Source: Dehalococcoidia bacterium (GTDB lineage: Bacteria > Chloroflexota > Dehalococcoidia > Bin125). Taken from it: a stretch of 64,000 nucleotides of DNA. Under the pieces are notes generated by a model. The model was not told the DNA's origin. It searched no databases and saw nothing but the letters and a program-made list of their open reading frames with translations. Where the stretch lies: NCBI GenBank assembly GCA_963555985.3, contig OY820591.1:2048001-2112000 (forward strand). The letters run 5' to 3'. Made by a program: the position numbers and the translations under genes. This document shows, in pieces, positions 60,309 to 64,000 of the stretch; within the stretch, counting starts at the first letter, position 1, and each line of letters opens with the position of its first letter.

Positions 60309-61615
60309 GTCACTCCTGCAAGTTCGGGTGTTTCCCCGCTCGAGTGCGGGGACGGGCGTGTGCGTGCGGGTTTGTTCGGTTCTGTTCGGCTGCGGTCGAA
60401 TGTCGCGCTCGCTTTGACGGGGGCGGGCGACCAATGGTCGGCATATTCGCTCCAGAGCCGGCGCAGACGCGGGATCACCCGCTCGGCGAAGAGGCGCGTA
60501 CTGTGGAGCGTCAGGTCATGGGGCAGATCGCCGAACTGGAAGACGCCGATCAGGTGCCCCACTCGGAGCGAGCTCACGAGGTGTTCGAGCTGTTCGGTCA
60601 CGGTCGCCGGTGAGCCGGCGGCGAGCGCTCCGCTGTCGATCCGCTCCTGCCAAGTCGGCTCCGAGGTCGATGGGGACGGTTCCGCCTGCTGCGCCAAGAG
60701 TCTGGCGGCGCGTTCGCGGAGACCGCGCTCCGTGCGCCAGCCCGGCGCTTCGCTCCAGCCGGGGAATTCGTTTGCCGTGTGGCGCTCGGTATAGCGCAAG
60801 TGCGGCTCGTAGAGCTGCTGCGCCTGATCGTCGGTTTCGGCGACGATGATCGTTTGGGAGACCGCTCCCTGAAACGGGTTGCGGGGCAGGCCGCGCGCCG
60901 AGATGGTACGCCAAAAACCGTCCATCGCCGCTTGCGCCGGAGCGAGGCCGCGGCTGGCCAGACAGGAATAGTTGTAGCCGCGCTCGGCGCAGAAGTCCCA
61001 GGTTTCGTGAGAGATGCCGTCCGCCGGAATCCAGATCGGGGGGTGCGGTCGCTGGAGTGGTCGCGGCCAGATGTTCACGTAGCGCAGCTTGCTGTACTCG
61101 CCGTTCCAGCTGAAGACTTTCGGATCCGTCCAGGCGCGGAGGATGAGGTCGTGATGCTCGCGATAGCGCTCACGCAGTGTGACCGGATTGAGGCCACAGG
61201 CGTAGTTGGCGTCCATCGGCGTACCCAAGGGAAACCCGGCGATGATCCGGCCGCCGGAGATCACGTCGAGCATCGCGATCTCTTCGGCTACGCGAGTAGG
61301 CGGGTTGTAGAGCGGGAGGGAGGTCCCGAGCATGATGATGGCGGCGCGAGAGGTTCGGCGGGCGAGCGCGGCTGCCATCAGTTGGGGCGAGGGCATCAGG
61401 CCGAAGACGTTCTGATGATGCTCGTTGACGATTAGCCCATCGAAACCCACCCGCTCGGCGTACTCGAGCTGGTCCAGATATTCGTGGTAGGCGCGGTGGC
61501 CGCGCAGCGGCTCGTAGAGCCGCGAGTCGGCGTCCACCCAGACTGAGCGGTTGCGCTCGCGGAAGTCAGCCGGCAGGTGCGGCCAGGGCATTCCGTGGAA
61601 CCAGTGGAATTTCAT
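60305..61615 (-). CDS. LLM-class flavin-dependent oxidoreductase
   Basis: MKFHWFHGMPW, NEHHQN, PLQRPHPPIW; the C-terminus runs through a GTTCG array. Confidence 0.92.
   Translation of the reverse strand: MKFHWFHGMPWPHLPADFRERNRSVWVDADSRLYEPLRGHRAYHEYLDQLEYAERVGFDGLIVNEHHQNVFGLMPSPQLMAAALARRTSRAAIIMLGTSLPLYNPPTRVAEEIAMLDVISGGRIIAGFPLGTPMDANYACGLNPVTLRERYREHHDLILRAWTDPKVFSWNGEYSKLRYVNIWPRPLQRPHPPIWIPADGISHETWDFCAERGYNYSCLASRGLAPAQAAMDGFWRTISARGLPRNPFQGAVSQTIIVAETDDQAQQLYEPHLRYTERHTANEFPGWSEAPGWRTERGLRERAARLLAQQAEPSPSTSEPTWQERIDSGALAAGSPATVTEQLEHLVSSLRVGHLIGVFQFGDLPHDLTLHSTRLFAERVIPRLRRLWSEYADHWSPAPVKASATFDRSRTEPNKPARTRPSPHSSGETPELAGVT
60364..60398. repeat. 10-bp-period GTTCG array inside the 3' end of the LLM gene
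   Basis: GTGCG 60364, GTTCG 60374, GTTCG 60384, GGTCG 60394. Confidence 0.65.
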
Positions 61616-61673
61616 GCTTCTCTCCCGCTCCCCCGTGCAGGGGGAGCGGGGAATGCTTGCCTGACTAATCGAC

Positions 61674-62912
61674 CTAGTTGGCGCCGCTGAGGACCGGGGC
61701 CGGAGCGGCGACATGCTCGGCGCCGACTGGCTTGGGCGACCAGTGGTCTTCGTAGTCTTCCCAGATGTGCTTGACGCGGGGGATGACCTGCTCGGCGAAG
61801 AGCTTGGTGGAGGCTCGGGCCTTGTCGTCGGGCATGTCTCCGCAGTGGAGGAGGGTGACGAGGTGTCCGACCTGGAGCTTGGTGGCGAGCGCTTCGATCT
61901 GCTCGGTGACGGAGTCGGGCGAGCCGGCGACGATGTAGCCCTCGCGTACCCAGTCCTTCCACTCGAGCGTGTGCGCGATGCCGAGACCTTGCGCCCCGCC
62001 CGCGCGCAGACCGGCGCGGATCGTGTTCTCGGTGCGGTAGCCGGGGGCGTCGGCGAAGCCCGGGTAGACGTGCAGACACTTGTCGAAGAAGTACTGGAGA
62101 TGCTCGGTGTACATCTGCTCGGCCTGATCGTCGGTCTCGGCGACGACGACCTGCTGGGCGAAGGCGCCCTGGAAGGGGTTGAACTCGACGCCCATTTCGC
62201 CCAGACGGTTCCAGAAGCCCTGCATCAGGGCTTCGCCGCGGACGTAGCCGTTGAACGAGAGGTAGCTGTAGTTGTAGCCCATCTCGCCGCAGAAGTCCCA
62301 GGTTTCGACGGAGCCGCCGCCCGGGATCCAGATCGGCGGGTGCGGCTTCTGGAGCGGGCGCGGCCAGAGGTTGACGTAGCGAATCTTGTTGTACTCGCCG
62401 TTCCAGGAGAAGACGTCGGGGTCCTGCCAGGCGCGCAGGATCAGGTCGTGGTTCTCCTTGTACTTGTCGCGCAGCGTGGCCGGATTGGAGCCGAAGCAGA
62501 AGTTGTCGTCCATCGAGGTGCCGACCGGGAATCCGGCGACGAGGCGTCCGCCCGACATCACGTCGAGCATGGCCATTTCCTCGGCCACGCGGGTGGGCGG
62601 GTTGTAGAGCGCGATCGACTGGCCCAGCAGCAGGATCGTCACGTCCTGGGTGCGGCGCGAGAGGGTGGCGGCCATCAGCTGGGGCGAGGGCATCATCCCA
62701 TAGGCGTTCTGGTGATGCTCGTTGATGCCGATGCCGTCGAAGCCGAGCGAGGCGGCGTATTCGAGCTGGTCGAGGTACTCGTTGTAGACGCGGTGGCCTT
62801 CGACGGGGTCGTAGAGGCGGGAGTCGACATCGACCCAGACGGAGCGGTTGGTCTCGCGGAAGTCCTCCGGCAGGTGGGGCCAGGGCATCAGGTTGAACCA
62901 GTGGAATTTCAT
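61674..62912 (-). CDS. LLM-class flavin-dependent oxidoreductase (tandem paralog)
   Basis: MKFHWFNLMPW, NEHHQNAYG, PLQKPHPPIWIPGGGS.ETW. Confidence 0.93.
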   Translation of the reverse strand: MKFHWFNLMPWPHLPEDFRETNRSVWVDVDSRLYDPVEGHRVYNEYLDQLEYAASLGFDGIGINEHHQNAYGMMPSPQLMAATLSRRTQDVTILLLGQSIALYNPPTRVAEEMAMLDVMSGGRLVAGFPVGTSMDDNFCFGSNPATLRDKYKENHDLILRAWQDPDVFSWNGEYNKIRYVNLWPRPLQKPHPPIWIPGGGSVETWDFCGEMGYNYSYLSFNGYVRGEALMQGFWNRLGEMGVEFNPFQGAFAQQVVVAETDDQAEQMYTEHLQYFFDKCLHVYPGFADAPGYRTENTIRAGLRAGGAQGLGIAHTLEWKDWVREGYIVAGSPDSVTEQIEALATKLQVGHLVTLLHCGDMPDDKARASTKLFAEQVIPRVKHIWEDYEDHWSPKPVGAEHVAAPAPVLSGAN

Positions 62913-63006
62913 GGCGGGTCTCCTGTGTTGAGGCGTTGCTGTCAGTGTAGGGGGTGAGCCTCTGGGCGGGCAGATCATCTACGCTGAGTTCGTAGGGGAG
63001 TCGTCC

Positions 63007-63321
63007 ATGCCCGAATTCGCCCACGCCGACTACGGCATCGTCCCGACCGAGACCACGCCCGAAGAGCGCGCCGAGAACCTGCGCCGGCGCGCGGAAAGCG
63101 ACCGCAACGTCGATTTCTGGAACGAGCACTACCGCGAGCTGACCGAGCGCTACCTGCACCGTTTCCTGGTGATCTACGATGGCGGCGAGATGCGCGATTT
63201 CAAGGATGCGATCTCAATGAACGACTTTCTGCGTACGCTGCCCAAAGAGCAGCGGGACGCCGCGATGCACCAGTACGTTGACTATGCGGTGTATGTGCCA
63301 ACGGCATTTCCCATTCGATGA
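63007..63321 (+). CDS. Single-domain DUF5678-like protein
   Basis: RNVDFWNEHYRELTERYLHRFLVIYDGG, homologous to the repeats in 3651-4214; ATGA overlap with the next gene. Confidence 0.7.
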   Translation: MPEFAHADYGIVPTETTPEERAENLRRRAESDRNVDFWNEHYRELTERYLHRFLVIYDGGEMRDFKDAISMNDFLRTLPKEQRDAAMHQYVDYAVYVPTAFPIR

Positions 63322-63805
63322 CGAGGCAGTTCCGCGGCAAGTTCTGGCATCAGCGCACGACCTACGCCGCGCTGCCGGATGAGTTGCGTCCATACATTGA
63401 GGCCGAGCTGACGCTCTACGACCGTATGGGCGAAATCCCGTGGCAATCGACACCGGAAGCCCGTACACAATCCTCCATCCGAACGATTCCGACATTCTGC
63501 TTGGTCAAGCACTCCGCGACCTCGATTTCGCCGGGCACCGCCAGCGATTCGCCCTTGGCGGCGTGGGACAAGGGACGACAAACGCCATCATCGCGCCCGC
63601 GACGTTGACCTTCGCGGATGAACAAGGCCAGCGCGAAACGATCCGGCTGCCGATCCTGATCGCCGAACCGACTCCCTCCTACCGCTCACATGAGGGCAAT
63701 TGGCGACTACCCAGCCTCCTCGGCTGCGATGTGTTGCGCTACTTCGACCTGACCCTCTCCTACCACCCGCCCTCGGTGACGCTGACGGAGGCAGCCCCCG
63801 CCTGA
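63318..63805 (+). pseudogene. Retropepsin-like aspartyl protease, frameshifted (-1) near 63440
   Basis: MTRQFRG...EIP and AIDTGS...GGVG...IAEPTPS...GNWRLPSLLGCDVL lie in different frames; span is 488 nt versus 489 nt for paralog 4211-4699. Confidence 0.82.
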
Positions 63806-63841
63806 TACCCTGCGTGGCTGCCCCAACCGAAAGCCGCCGCC

Positions 63842-64000
63842 ATGACCCTCGATCATCCCGTCGACACGACGCCCGCCGACTTGCTGCGCTCCGCCCGCGA
63901 CGCGGCTTGGAGCGAGGACGAAGCCCGCGCCGCCGACGCCTACCACTGCGCCATCCGCGCAATTGAGCAGGCATTCCGCCAGATCGCCACGCCCGACAAC
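63842..64000 (+). CDS. Partial ORF, possibly HEPN-like helical protein; runs off the window
   Basis: MTLDHPVDTTPADLLRSARDAAWSEDEARAADAYHCAIRAIEQAFRQIA... Confidence 0.4.
   Translation, partial: MTLDHPVDTTPADLLRSARDAAWSEDEARAADAYHCAIRAIEQAFRQIATPDN

Noticed and set aside
63425-63445. Programmed -1 frameshift in the protease gene
   Set aside because: No X XXY YYZ slippery site or clear stimulatory structure; a 1-nt deletion or sequencing error is more likely

Overview
GC-rich bacterial chromosome segment. The gene content (five luciferase-like monooxygenases, three family III CoA-transferases, HSL esterases, Gln-rich solute-binding proteins, a large FN3 surface protein, an unlinked 23S rRNA) suggests Chloroflexota, probably Dehalococcoidia/SAR202-like; this is inference only. 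Catabolic and housekeeping content: tungsten-type AOR with MoaD, a cobalamin riboswitch-controlled Btu-like ABC importer, a DMFase-like two-subunit operon, KtrAB, ArsC, tRNA-Glu, and a 23S rRNA followed by tRNA-fMet with no 16S or 5S. An accessory region at about 40-47 kb holds higB-higA-higA, two membrane pentapeptide-repeat genes, a fused restriction-modification enzyme, and a small GIY-YIG nuclease embedded in CGTC-type REP palindromes whose copies are dispersed through the window. Best candidates for undescribed biology: (1) the GIY-YIG/REP unit, arranged like RAYT/REPIN systems but with a different nuclease; (2) two copies of a translationally coupled DUF5678-like + retropepsin-like protease pair; (3) a poly-C tract that puts the FN3 protein's signal peptide out of frame; (4) a stand-alone 23S-tRNA(fMet) unit; (5) dispersed 10-bp-phased GTTCG arrays. 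All family calls come from reading motifs by eye; no database searches were run.
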